64,000 nucleotides of DNA from an uncultured Chloroflexia bacterium (GCA_963810095.1 CAWEMM010000009.1:32001-96000); one strand, 5' to 3'; shown: positions 50,618 to 61,695, counted from the stretch's first letter. Notes: a model not told the origin generated them from the letters alone. Numbers and translations: made by a program.

Positions 50618-50971
50618 CTACCCCATCTCGCCGCCGACACGGCCCGGACGCGTGCCCGCCACTCCGTGCATGAAGCCCACAAACACCAACTCCTGGTCCA
50701 GCGCGCGCACCGTGTGACACTCGCCCACGTCGAAGACCAGGAGTGCCCCCGGACCGACTTCCTTCTCGATGCCATCGGCGCCGGCGAACGCACCGCGTCC
50801 CTGGAGCACCACCGCATAGAACGGTGAATGCTCTGCCTCGTGTTCGCGGATCTGTTGCCCCGGCTTCAACGCGAAGCGCAAGACCCGCCCGTGCTCGTCC
50901 ACGAAGAGTGGCTGCGCATAGGCGCTGGCCTCGTGGAATTGAAGACCCTCCAGCAAGTTTGTCGTTCTCAT
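50618..50971 (-). CDS. Cupin domain protein
   Basis: GGAGG RBS; FALKPGQQIREH, VVLQGRG, GECHTVRAL. Confidence 0.85.
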   Translation of the reverse strand: MRTTNLLEGLQFHEASAYAQPLFVDEHGRVLRFALKPGQQIREHEAEHSPFYAVVLQGRGAFAGADGIEKEVGPGALLVFDVGECHTVRALDQELVFVGFMHGVAGTRPGRVGGEMG

Positions 50972-51173
50972 TGTTCCCTCCCAATGTCGGCTTTCCCGGA
51001 AAGGTCATCATACGTCTGCGCGCAGCCGTTGTCATCGTACAAATGCCGTCTCTTGTGCATAAAAAATAGCAGACACGCGAGTGGTATCCACTTCCATTGT
51101 CGTCGCCATGGAGTACTGGTAAGACAGAATGGAGATGGACCTATCGAGACATGAAGTGTGCCTTAAGTCGCCC

Positions 51174-51213
51174 ATAACGCTTGCCATAACGGTCGAATAA
51201 CGGCCGGTATGAT
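51174..51213 (+). promoter_or_regulatory. Three ATAACG direct repeats followed by a -10 box, candidate SARP-activated promoter
   Basis: ATAACG at 51174, 51186 and 51197 (12 and 11 bp apart); TATGAT at 51208-51213. Confidence 0.55.
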
Positions 51214-51264
51214 AGAGTCCGCTCCGAAAACATGTATCGAGCCAGCAGATCCAGGGAGGTTGAG

Positions 51265-52672
51265 ATGTCAGTCCAGGAACCTAGAGTGGCGCCTATCAGC
51301 GCCCAGTCCATCGAGGCGTTCCGAGCACAAATGCGCGGCGCCCTTATCCGGCCGGGCGACGCCGATTATGAACCAGCACGACGGGTTTACAACGGGATGA
51401 TCGACAAGCGCCCGGCCTTGATCGCCCGCTGCGCAGACGTCGCCGATGTCATCAGCGCCGTCAACTTCGGCCGCGACAATGGCCTCACGATCGCGATCCG
51501 CGGCGGCGGCCACAACGGCCCGGGTTTGGGCACCTGCGACGACGGCCTGGTTATCGACCTGTCGCGTATGCGGAGTGTTCACGTCGATCCCGGTACGAGC
51601 CGGGTGCAAGTGGAGGGCGGCGCCCTGTGGGGCGACGTGGACCATGCGACGCACCCGTTCGGTCTCGCGGTGCCGTCCGGGTTCCTCTCGACGACGGGCG
51701 TGGGGGGCCTGACGCTGGGCGGCGGGATCGGTTACCTGACGCGCAAGTACGGCCTGACCGTCGATAGCCTGCTGGGCGTGGAGATGGTGCTCGCCGACGG
51801 CAGCTTCGTTACGGCGAACGAGCGCGAGAATGCCGACCTCTTCTGGGCCGTGCGCGGGGGCGGCGGCAATTTCGGAGTGGTCACCTCGTTCGTGTTCCAG
51901 GGTCACCCCGTGCACACCGTCTACGGCGGCCCCATGATGTGGCCGATGGAAATGGCGGGCGACCTGCTGAAGTTCTGGCAGGATTTGATCCTGAACGCAC
52001 CCGACGACCTCAACGGCTGGTTCGGGTTCGTCACCGTGCCGCCCGCGCCGCCTTTCCCCGAAGCACACCACATGGAAAAGATGGCGGCGGTCGTCTGGTG
52101 CTATACCGGGCCGCACGACAAAGCCGAGGAGGTTTTCCGGCGGATCCGCCAGTTCGGACCGCCCGCCATCGACTTTGCCGGTCCCATCCCGTATCCTGCG
52201 CTGCAGAGCATGTTCGACGCGCTGTACCCGCCCGGCCTGCAGTGGTACTGGCGGGCCGACTTCTTCAATGCGGCTGGACGACCGGGCGGTCGACCTCGCG
52301 GTCAAGTATGGCTCGCAGCTCCCCACGATGCAGTCGACCATGCATCTTTACCCGATTAACGGCGCGGCGGGTCGCGTCGGCGCGGCGGACACGCCCTGGA
52401 GCTATCGCGATGCCAAGTTCTCCGCGGTCATGGCCGGCGTAGACGGGGATCCGAGCAACAACGAGCGCACCGGCGCGTGGGCCAAGGACTTCTGGCTGGC
52501 GCTCCACCCACATTCTGCCGGCGGCGCCTACCTCAACATGATCATGGATGAGGGGGAAGACCGGGTCAAGGCCGCCTACCGCGACAACTATGCCCGGTTG
52601 GCCCGCATCAAGGCGCGTTACGACCCGGCTAATCTCTTCCACGTCAATCAGAACATCAAGCCGGCCGCATAA
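51265..52672 (+). CDS. FAD-binding oxidoreductase, berberine-bridge-enzyme-like (1-base frameshift near 52270)
   Basis: RPALIARC, RGGGHN, GVGGLTLGGG, LFWAVRGGGGNFGVV; after the shift YLN and RLARIKARYDPANLFH. Confidence 0.93.
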
Positions 52673-52905
52673 CTCGCCCGCACCGCACAACAGGTTCGCT
52701 GCCCCGGAACGCAGGCCAGCCCCACGGGTTGGCCTGCGTTCCCATTTACGCCAACCGGGGTCGATCTCACACGGCGGCGCCGCTCATCAGGAGTATAATT
52801 CACGCTATTAACTTGATAAGATACTGGACAAGGCCTCTCCTGCCGGAGCAGATGGGCAGACGAGACCGTCTCTCTGTCTATCGGCGGCCGAGGAGGTGTT
52901 TCGGA

Positions 52906-55900
52906 ATGCCGGCAAGCTTCGAGGTTCAGCTCTTGGGGGGCCTGCGTCTCCTGTACTCAGGCAGTCCGATCACGGGGGTCAATACTCCGCGCCTGCAATC
53001 GTTGCTCGCCTTCCTCGTCCTGTCTGCCGGCGTCCCGCAATTGCGCCAGCACGTCGCCTTCAGCCTGTGGCCCGACACCACCGAGCCGAACGCCCGCAAC
53101 AGCCTACGTCAACTCCTGCACCAGCTTCGGCAAGCGCTGCCCGAAGCGGACCGTTTCCTGAAAGGCGACGGCAGCACCGTATACTGGGAGAGAGATGAGT
53201 CGCAATCGGTCGACGTGTGGCTCTTCGAGCGCAACCTGGCACTGGCAGACGAAGCCGAGCGACGTGGCGATGCCGCTGGCCTGCGGGACGCGCTGGAAAA
53301 GGCGGCCGGGCAATATCACGGCGACCTCCTGCCCGCCTGCTACGACGAGTGGATCGGGACGGCTCGGGATGACCTGCAGAATCGTTACCGGCGCGCGTGC
53401 GGCCGGCTGGTGCGTCTCCTGGAAGACGCGGGCGACTATCGGGCGGCAGTTGGCGTCGCGGAGAACATGCTGCGCTGCGATCCCCTCGAGGAGGAGGGCC
53501 ACGCGCTGTTGATGCGCCTGCACGCCCTCAACGGCGACATCGCCGGGATAACGGGAACTTACAGCGCCGCGATCGATACGTACCGGCGCGAACTGGGGAG
53601 CGAGCCCGACGCCTCGCTTCAGGCGTTGTACGAGCGGCTGCTAACCGCAACCACGCGGTCTTCCGGGGGAGAGGCATCGGGCAGCGCGCGAGCAGCGACC
53701 GCGGAAGCGCCGTCGCTTGCGTTGGTCGGCCGGCGAGCTGAGTGGCAGCGCCTGCTGGCGGCCTGGACCGCGGCCGCGGCCGGTGAAGCGCACCTCGTTC
53801 TGATCGGCGGAGAGGCGGGGATCGGTAAGTCGCGCCTGGCCGAGGAGCTCTTCACGTGGGTGAAGCGGCACGGGCTGGTGGCTGCGCATGCCCGCTCGTA
53901 CGGCGCCGAAGGCCGCCTGTCGCTCTCGCCGGTCAGCGAGTGGCTGCGCAACCCCGCGCTGCGGGCCTACTGGAGCGGGCTGGACCAGGTGTGGCTGACC
54001 GAAGTGGCCCGGCTGCTGCCCGAACTGCTGGAAGACGACAGGCGCGTGCCCCAGCCTCAACCGATTGCGGAAGCAGGCGGCCGGCAGCGTTTCTTCGAAG
54101 CGTTGGCCCGTGCCGTCCTCGCAGCGCCCCGGCCCCTCCTCCTGTCGATTGACGACCTGCACTGGTGCGATCTCGAAACCCTCGAATGGCTTCACTTTCT
54201 GCTGCGCTTTGCCCGTGAGGGCGGCCTTCTCGTCCTGGGCACGGCGCGGATCGAGGAATCCCCTGCCGACCACCCGCTGAGCGGACTTGCCCGGAAATTG
54301 TTGAGCGAAGGAAGGATCACGCGGATCGACCTGTCTCCGCTCGACGCAGCAGAAACGGCGAAGCTGGCCGCACAGGTGGTCGGCAGTGAGCTCGATGATA
54401 TTGGCGCGATGCGGCTGTACCATGAAACGGAAGGCAACCCGCTCTTCATCGTCGAGACCGCACGTTCCGGTGCGATCGGCGTCCAGCGTAAAGCAGGCCA
54501 TGCTGCGTTAGCGGCCGGCGACGGCCATACCCTCCCGCCCCGGGTGCACGCTGTCATTGCCGAGCGGCTGGCTCAGCTGTCACCCTTCGCGCGCAGCATT
54601 GCCGAAATCGGGTCAGCGGTGGGGCAGGCCTTCACCCTCAAACTGCTGCTGGCAGCGGCGATGAGCGACGAGGAAGCGGCCGTGAAAGCGCTGGACGAGC
54701 TCTGGCAGCGACGTGTCATCAGGGAGCTGAATCCGGGCGAGTTTGATTTCACGCATGACAAGCTGCGCGAGGTGGCGCTGTCCGAAATCAGCCCTCCGCA
54801 GCGCCGCTTGTATCACCGCAGGCTTGCGCACGCGTTGGAAGCGCTGAACGCGCAGGACCTTGACTCGGTCGCGGCGCAAATCGCGGCCCAGTATGAACAG
54901 GCCGGGATGATCGAGCAGGCCATCCCGTATTATCAGCGCGCGGCCTCGGTCGCGGCGAGGCTCTACGCCAACCATGATGCGATCGCCATCCTGACACACG
55001 CCTTGGCGCTGCTCGCACAGTTGCCGCCCGGCACGCGGCGCGATGCACAGGACCTGACGCTGCAACTGGCGCTGGCGCCGCCTTACCGCATCACAAAAGG
55101 CTGGACGTCGCGGGAAGTGGACGCCGCGCTGAACCGTGCTTTGCTCCTGAGCGATCGGGTCGGCGACATGGGGCAGCGCGCACAGACCTTGTATGGGCTG
55201 CAGTCGGTGCATGTCGTCGCCGGACGGCTGGAGAAGGTGGAACATACCTACGCCGAGATGTGCGAGTTGTTCGAGAGGGCGCAGGGTGCGCCGCCACCGC
55301 CCTTCGCCGATTCGATGTATATCGGCGCGCAGCTTCACATGGGCCGTGTGGCAGAAGCATCCGAAGGCTTCGAGCGCATCGTCGCCGTGCATGATCCCAA
55401 GCATATCAACGACTTGCAGGACTCGCAGGGCGTCAACTACCTGGTCCTCAGCCATGCCTGGAACGCGCACGCGTTGTGGTGTCTCGGTCAACCCGATCGG
55501 GCACTCGAAAGCGCACTGGCAGGAGTGTCCTTCGCGCACGAGTACGGGCAGCCTTTCAACGAGGCGCTTGCAGTAACCTACCTGGCCATGCTGCAGGAGA
55601 TGCGAGCCGGCACCGAGACCTTTCTCGCCCATGCTGAGGAGGCGCAGGTGCTGGCAGCGCGAGTACCAGGCGCCGTACTACCATACGTGGGCGAGTATCC
55701 TCGTCGATTTTGCCCGTGGCTGGCTGGACCCAGAGGCGGGCGCCGCGCAGCGCCTGGTCGATGCGATCGAGGCCTTCCGTGCGAGCGGCGCGCGGCTGCG
55801 CCTGCCCTACTACCTCTCGCTGCTGGCCCGCCTGTACGGCAGGATCAATGAGCCCGAGCAAGGCCTGGCCGTGATCGAGCAGGCGTCGACCGAATCGTTC

Positions 55901-56221
55901 GAAAACCACGAGCGTTGGTGGGATGCTGAGCTGCACCGCGTGCGCGGGGAGCTGATGCTCGCCCAAGGCGCGGATGCGGCCGACGTGGAGGCCGCCTTTC
56001 GACGGGCGATCGAGATTGCGCGGGGCCAGGGTGCCCGGTCGTTGGAACTGCGCGCGGCCATCAGCCTCGCGCGTCTGCGCAGGGAGGGTCCGGGGGAGGG
56101 AGCAGCCATGCGAACGCTTGCTTCGGTATACGGCTGGTTCACCGAGGGATTCGGGACGCCCGATCTGCAGGAGGCCGAGGGTCTTCTCAAAGGCCAGTCG
56201 GCCGGTCAGGCACGGACGTAG
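52906..56221 (+). CDS. SARP/BTAD-domain regulator with AAA ATPase and TPR region (1-base frameshift near 55657)
   Basis: AGGAGG RBS; VQLLGG, LLAFL, LWPD, DPLEE (BTAD); GEAGIGKS Walker A; IDDLHW; TEGNPLF; tail SLELRAAISL..FTEGFGTPDL. Confidence 0.9.
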
Positions 56222-56351
56222 CAAGGGCCCGCTGCGTGGCGAGATAACGGATGCCTTGGCTCGATTTGCAGCCCGGTTTAGTGCCAGCAAACCGCCCGGT
56301 TTGAACCCGGACGCTGTTTGAGTTTTGAGGGGCGTGCTTTATGATTGACCC

Positions 56352-59105
56352 ATGTCCCCGCCCATTCTGGCTACCAAGCTGTACGTTCCCCAGCCCCGCC
56401 CGGGCGCCGTCCCGCGCAATCGGTTGCTCGGATGGCTGAACGCGGGGCTGCGCCAAAACGGGGGATTTGCGCGCAAGCTGACCCTTATCTCCGCATCCGC
56501 CGGCTTCGGCAAAACCGCGCTCCTTGCCGAATGGGCCGCCGGTTTCCCCAGCTTCGACCCGAGGCTCCGCGTTGCGTGGCTGTCCCTTGACGAGCGGGAC
56601 GGCGACCCCGCGCAGTTCCTCGCCTACCTCGCTGCGGCCCTGCTGACGGTCGCCCCGGACCTTGATGTGGGGGGCCTCCCCTCGCTGCACACGCCTCAGC
56701 CGCCTCAGCTCGAGCCGATCCTGACCGCGCTGCTGAACGAGATCGCCGCGCTCCCGTCCCTCATCGTCCTGATCCTCGACGACTACCACTTGCTCGACTC
56801 GCAGCCGGTAGACGCGGCCCTCGCCTTCCTGGTCGAGCACCTCCCTCCCCAGCTGCACCTCGCCATCGCCACGCGCGAAGATCCCGCGTTGCCGTTGGCC
56901 CGCCTGCGCGGCCGGGGCCAGCTGGCCGAGCTGCGCGCGGCCGACCTCCGCTTCACCGCGGCCGAGGCAGCCGAGTTCCTCAATCGGGCGATGGGCCTGG
57001 ATCTTCCGGCCGAGGACGTCGCCGCACTGGAGGAGCGCACCGAAGGCTGGATCGCGGGCCTGCAACTGGCCGCGCTCGCCCTGCAAGGGACGCCGCCCCC
57101 ATCAACCGGCGCGACGTCGGTCGACAGGACCCGCTTTATCGCCTCGTTCACGGGCGGCCATCGCTTTGTGCTCGACTACCTGCTCCAGGAGGTGCTCGAA
57201 GGGCGGCCCGCGGACACACAGACCTTCTTGCTGCGGACCTCCATCCTCGACCGCATGTGCGGCCCCCTGTGTGATGCCGTTCTCGGTTCTCCTTCTGGGC
57301 GAGGCCAGGAAACCCTGGCCTATCTCGAACACGCCAACCTGTTCGTCGTCCCGCTGGATAACGAGCGCCGCTGGTATCGTTACCACCATCTCTTTGCCGA
57401 ATTGCTGCGGCAGCGGCTGGAGCAGAGCCTCGCGAGTGCGGGAGGAGATGAAGGGCCGACCGGAGCGGAACTGCACTGCCGTGCCAGCCAGTGGTACGAA
57501 GACCGCGGCTTGCAGGTCGAAGCCTTCCGCCACGCAGCAGCAGCCCATGACATCGAACGCGCCGAGCGACTGATTAAGGGAGGCGAGATACCCCTGCACT
57601 CACTCGCCGCGGTAGCCGCCATCATCAACTGGCTGGATTCGTTGGCGAAGACCGCGCTGGACGCGCGGCCCTGGTTGTGGGTCAGGTCTGCCACGTCGCT
57701 GCTGATGGCCGGACAGATAACTGGTGTCGAAGAGAAACTGCAGGCGGCTGAGGCTGCTCTAGCCGGCGCTCCGCAAAATGCCGGTGGAGAGGACGCGGCC
57801 CGCGACCTGGTGGGACAGATTGCCAGCGTCAGAGCCACGTTGGCGATCCTCCGGTACGAGGCGGACGCCGCGATCCTCCAATCGCGCCGCGCGCTCGAGT
57901 ACCTGCACCCCGATAACCTGCCATCGCGCGGTCGAGCGACCTGGACCCTGGGGTATGGTTACCAGCTCCAGGGGGACCGAGCCGCGGCCCGCCGGATTTA
58001 CGGCGAAGCCATGTCGATCCGGCAGGCGTCCGGGAATGTTTTCTTTACTATTTTGGCCACAACCAACTTGGCCCAAGTACAGGAATCTGACAACCAGCTC
58101 CATGAGGCGGCTGAAAGCTACCGGCGCTCGCTGCAACTGTTTGGCGATCGCGAACCTCCGAACGCCAGCGAAGAGTTTATCGGCCTGGCCCGGATCTACT
58201 ATGAGTGGAACGACGTGGAGGCCGCCGAGCAGTATGCGCGGCAGAGCGTGGAACTGGCACGGCAATACGATCCCGCCATTGACCGGGTCATCATCAGCCA
58301 GGTGTTCCTGGCCCGCGTGAGACTAACTCTGGGCGATGCGGCAGGTGCAGCGGCCCTGCTGGCAGCGGCGCAACAATCTGCGGCTCAGTCGAACTTCGCC
58401 GCGCGTCTGCCCGAAATTGCCGCGGCCCAGGTGCTTCTCCACCTTTCCCAGGGCCAGCTAGGGGCAGCCGCCCAACTGGCGCGGCAATACGATCTCCCGC
58501 TCAGCCGGGCACGCGTGCTCCTGGCGCAAGGGGACGCGTCCGCCGCCCTGGCAGTTCTGACCGCGTATCGGGAGCGGGTCGAAGCCAAGGCTTGGCCGGA
58601 TGAGAGGCTGAAGGCGATGGTGCTGCAGGTCCTCGCGCTGGAAGCGCTCACGCGCGGTGCCCACTGCGAGCAGGACGCGGCCCTGCAACTGCTCGGCGAC
58701 GCGCTCGCGCTGGCCGAGCCGGGCGGCTTCATCCGCCTCTTCGTGGATGAAGGCGAGCCCATGCGCCGGGCGCTCTGCGCTTATCAGCCTCGCGACGGCG
58801 AGAAGCCGTCACGCCCTTATCTCGAAAAACTCCTGGCCGCCTTCCCCCGACCCGACGCTGCCCCGCGATCGCAAACCCTCGCCGCCGGAGGCGGTGGGCA
58901 AGCTGAAGCCGTCGAGCCGCTTACCCAACGCGAGCTCGACATCCTGCGACTGATGGCCCAGGGACTCTCGAACCAGGAGATCGGCGCGCGGCTCTTCCTG
59001 GCCGTAAACACGATCAAAGGGCACAACCGGGTGCTCTTCGACAAGCTGCAGGTCGAGCGGCGAACCGAGGCCATCGCACGGGCGCGCGAACTTGGCGTGA
59101 TCTGA
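56352..59105 (+). CDS. MalT-like LuxR-family transcriptional regulator
   Basis: ILATKLYVP, SASAGFGKT, LILDDYH, TEGWIAGLQL, WYRYHHLF; C-terminal LTQRELDILRLMAQGLSNQEIG HTH. Confidence 0.93.
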   Translation: MSPPILATKLYVPQPRPGAVPRNRLLGWLNAGLRQNGGFARKLTLISASAGFGKTALLAEWAAGFPSFDPRLRVAWLSLDERDGDPAQFLAYLAAALLTVAPDLDVGGLPSLHTPQPPQLEPILTALLNEIAALPSLIVLILDDYHLLDSQPVDAALAFLVEHLPPQLHLAIATREDPALPLARLRGRGQLAELRAADLRFTAAEAAEFLNRAMGLDLPAEDVAALEERTEGWIAGLQLAALALQGTPPPSTGATSVDRTRFIASFTGGHRFVLDYLLQEVLEGRPADTQTFLLRTSILDRMCGPLCDAVLGSPSGRGQETLAYLEHANLFVVPLDNERRWYRYHHLFAELLRQRLEQSLASAGGDEGPTGAELHCRASQWYEDRGLQVEAFRHAAAAHDIERAERLIKGGEIPLHSLAAVAAIINWLDSLAKTALDARPWLWVRSATSLLMAGQITGVEEKLQAAEAALAGAPQNAGGEDAARDLVGQIASVRATLAILRYEADAAILQSRRALEYLHPDNLPSRGRATWTLGYGYQLQGDRAAARRIYGEAMSIRQASGNVFFTILATTNLAQVQESDNQLHEAAESYRRSLQLFGDREPPNASEEFIGLARIYYEWNDVEAAEQYARQSVELARQYDPAIDRVIISQVFLARVRLTLGDAAGAAALLAAAQQSAAQSNFAARLPEIAAAQVLLHLSQGQLGAAAQLARQYDLPLSRARVLLAQGDASAALAVLTAYRERVEAKAWPDERLKAMVLQVLALEALTRGAHCEQDAALQLLGDALALAEPGGFIRLFVDEGEPMRRALCAYQPRDGEKPSRPYLEKLLAAFPRPDAAPRSQTLAAGGGGQAEAVEPLTQRELDILRLMAQGLSNQEIGARLFLAVNTIKGHNRVLFDKLQVERRTEAIARARELGVI

Positions 59106-59192
59106 CACCAGCCCCCGAACCCTCCACAACAGTACCTCCATTAATACTTTGGTGTCTTCCCGCGCATACCTTTCCGGCGCTACCCTGAGGGC

Positions 59193-59256
59193 GTATTTCG
59201 CTGCAGTGGTATTTCATCGCAGTGAAAGATTGCCGCAGTGAATGATCACTGCCGTC
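59193..59256. repeat. Four degenerate 16-bp tandem repeats in the intergenic region
   Basis: GTATTTCGCTGCAGTG / GTATTTCATCGCAGTG / AAAGATTGCCGCAGTG / AATGATCACTGCCGTC. Confidence 0.55.
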
Positions 59257-59275
59257 GCCGGAAGGAGTCAACAAG

Positions 59276-59971
59276 GTGAACCTGAGAAAACTCGGTGGGC
59301 TTTCAGCCCTGGTCCTCGCCGCCGCGTACCTGCTGGGGATGGCGCTGAACTTCACGCTGCTGGACACCTCCAGCATCCTCGATCCCGTCGCGAAAGTGGC
59401 GTTCCTCGCGGGCAAGCAAACCCTTTTCCAAGCCTATATCTTCTTCATCTACGTCGTGTTCGGCGTCTGCCTCGTGTTCCTGGCCGAGGCGCTCCTCGAA
59501 CAGTTGAACCCCGGCGCGCCCGCGCTGGCGCGCACCGCCACCGCCTTCGCGCTGATCTGGGCCGGCCTCCTGATCGCAGCCGGGAATGTCTTCATTGCCG
59601 GCCTGCACACCGTCTCGGCCGCCTTCGCTCAGAACCCGGCGCAGGCGGCAACTGCCTGGCTCGCCATCGATTCGGTCCACCTCGGGCTCTCCGGCACGGC
59701 CGAGATACCGGGCGGCTTGTGGACCTTGCTCATCAGCCTGGCCATGCTGCAGGCCGCCAGGTTCCCCCGGCCACTGAGTTACCTGGGCATTGCGACCGGC
59801 GCCCTGGGCCTGGTCACGGTGATTCCCGCCGTGTTCATGCCGGCAGTCGCGGCGTATACGCTCGGTCACTGCGCCTGGTGGATCTGGCTCGGGGTGCTCT
59901 TGTTGCGCAGGGGTGCCTTGAGCGCGGTGCAAGCGCGGCAGGAGTTGACGCCGGGCCTCAGCCCGCAGTGA
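59276..59971 (+). CDS. DUF4386-like membrane protein
   Basis: AAGGAG RBS; LRKLGGLSAL, FALIWAGLLIAAG, EIPGGLW; about six TM helices. Confidence 0.75.
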   Translation: MNLRKLGGLSALVLAAAYLLGMALNFTLLDTSSILDPVAKVAFLAGKQTLFQAYIFFIYVVFGVCLVFLAEALLEQLNPGAPALARTATAFALIWAGLLIAAGNVFIAGLHTVSAAFAQNPAQAATAWLAIDSVHLGLSGTAEIPGGLWTLLISLAMLQAARFPRPLSYLGIATGALGLVTVIPAVFMPAVAAYTLGHCAWWIWLGVLLLRRGALSAVQARQELTPGLSPQ

Positions 59972-60057
59972 GTTCGCCCACCGAGGCGCGCCCAGCGAGG
60001 GCGCGCCCTCAGCTAGAACGCGCTCTCGCCGAGAGCGATCAGAAAAAGGAGTAGCAG

Positions 60058-60525
60058 ATGAAACTCAACAGTCCAACATCAGGCTTCGAGCGGCGGAGGG
60101 TCGTGCTCTCAACGCTCTGGATCTTCGCCGTCCTCAACTACATCTACGCCGACGTGTACACCTTGTTCTTCAACCCGGTGCTCAAGCCGGAGGCGTGGCA
60201 GAAATTCCTGGCGGGCGACGCCGGCGGCGTTCAAATCACCCCCGGCTTCGTGCTGGTGACGGCGATCCTCATGGAGACCGCCATCGCCATGGTCCTGCTG
60301 TCCCGGGTGTTGCCCTATCGTGCCAACCGGTGGGCGAACATCCTGTCGGGCGCGCTCCATACCCTCTTCGTCGGCTGGTCGCTGATCGGCGACGCGCCGA
60401 CCGGCTTCTACCTGATGTTCGCGGTGATCGAGGTCGTCACGACCCTGTTCATCGCCGGGTATGCCTGGAAGTGGCCCGGTCCTGACAAGCAGGAAGAGCG
60501 GTCGCCCGCCCTCGCCGTGGGGTGA
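60058..60525 (+). CDS. DUF6326-like membrane protein
   Basis: AAGGAG RBS; LSTLWIFAVLNYIYAD, LMETAIAMVLLSRVL, NRWANI, YAWKW. Confidence 0.8.
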   Translation: MKLNSPTSGFERRRVVLSTLWIFAVLNYIYADVYTLFFNPVLKPEAWQKFLAGDAGGVQITPGFVLVTAILMETAIAMVLLSRVLPYRANRWANILSGALHTLFVGWSLIGDAPTGFYLMFAVIEVVTTLFIAGYAWKWPGPDKQEERSPALAVG

Positions 60526-60529
60526 GACC

Positions 60530-60760
60530 GTGATCTATCAGATCCGGGTCCAGGGCCATCTGGGGCCCGAATGGACCGGCTGGTTCGAGGGCCTCGCCAT
60601 CACGCTGGTGGAGGACGGCGACACGCTGTTGACCGGCCCCGTCGTCGACCAGGCTGCGTTGCATGGCCTGCTGAAGAAAGTAAGGGATTTGGGCGTACCG
60701 CTGGTCTCGGTCAATCGGGTTCAAGCGGGACCGGCAGGTACATCAGGAGGCAAGGAGTGA
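60530..60760 (+). CDS. Small conserved hypothetical protein
   Basis: YQIRVQGHLGPEWTGWFEGL...TLLTGPVVDQAALHGLLKKVRDLGVPLVSV, a recognisable small family. Confidence 0.8.
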   Translation: MIYQIRVQGHLGPEWTGWFEGLAITLVEDGDTLLTGPVVDQAALHGLLKKVRDLGVPLVSVNRVQAGPAGTSGGKE

Positions 60761-61488
60761 ACAACTATCGAAGGAATGCCGTCGTTGCGGGCGTGCTCTA
60801 CATCGTCGGGACCGTTTCCGGCGTGCTGAGTTTCGTCTTCACCCCGCCGGTCCTTGGCGGCCCCGGCTACCTGGCCAGGGTTGCGGCCAATCCCGCGGCG
60901 CTTATCCTGGGGGCGTTTTGTGTGCTGGCCATGGGCCTGGCGCTCGCCATGGTTCCGGTGGTCCTGTACCCGGTCCTCAAGCGACATAACCTGCCCCTGG
61001 CCGTTGGCTACGTCGTGTTTAGAGGTGCGCTGGAGACAGTGACCTACCTTGGGGTCGTGGCGGCCTGGCTTTTGCTTGTCACGCTCGGGCAGGAATACGC
61101 AGCCGCCGGCGCCCTGGCGAGATCTGACTTTCAAGTCCTGGGCTCCCTGATCAGCAAGGCGGCCGAGATCAGCGCGAATCTCACCGCGGTCGTCTTTCCC
61201 ATCGGAGCCATGATGCTCTACGCGGTGCTGTACCAGGCGAAGCTGATCCCGCGCTGGCTGTCGGTCTGGGGGATGATCGCCGTCGGGCTGACACTGGTGT
61301 CGAGCGGCGTGCCCGGTCTAGCCAACCGGCCCGACGCCATGCCGGCCGTCCAAACGGCGGCCAACGCGTTGACCCTCGTGCAGGAGATGGTGATGGCGGT
61401 GTGGCTCATCGCCAAGGGGTTCAACCTGTCGGCCAGGGCTGCGCGGCCTGCCCGGACGGAAGCGAACGAGTTGCTGAGCGCAGTATAG
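60757..61488 (+). CDS. DUF4386 family membrane protein
   Basis: GTGA overlap; AVVAGVLYIVGT, LYPVLK, AVGYVVFR, KLIPRWLSVWG, QEMVMAVWLIAKGF. Confidence 0.85.
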   Translation: MNNYRRNAVVAGVLYIVGTVSGVLSFVFTPPVLGGPGYLARVAANPAALILGAFCVLAMGLALAMVPVVLYPVLKRHNLPLAVGYVVFRGALETVTYLGVVAAWLLLVTLGQEYAAAGALARSDFQVLGSLISKAAEISANLTAVVFPIGAMMLYAVLYQAKLIPRWLSVWGMIAVGLTLVSSGVPGLANRPDAMPAVQTAANALTLVQEMVMAVWLIAKGFNLSARAARPARTEANELLSAV

Positions 61489-61545
61489 AAGGGCAGGGTG
61501 GGGGATAGGGAGGGCCGGCCGCCCTCCCTAATCGGAGAGAGCGAA

Positions 61546-61695
61546 ATGGTCAGTCCAAGCAAGCGACGGACGTCGCACCCGTTCTACCTTAAGGCGTTCG
61601 TGCTGGCGATTGGGGGCGGCGTCGCCTTCTGGGTCACCACGGTCGCAACGTCCCTGCTACCCATCGCAGCGGACTACCGGGCCGCGCAGGACTGA
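61546..61695 (+). pseudogene. Probable truncated membrane protein gene
   Basis: GGAG RBS; LAIGGGVAFWVTTVATSLLPIAADYRAA followed by an early stop at a shift to AT-richer DNA. Confidence 0.35.
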
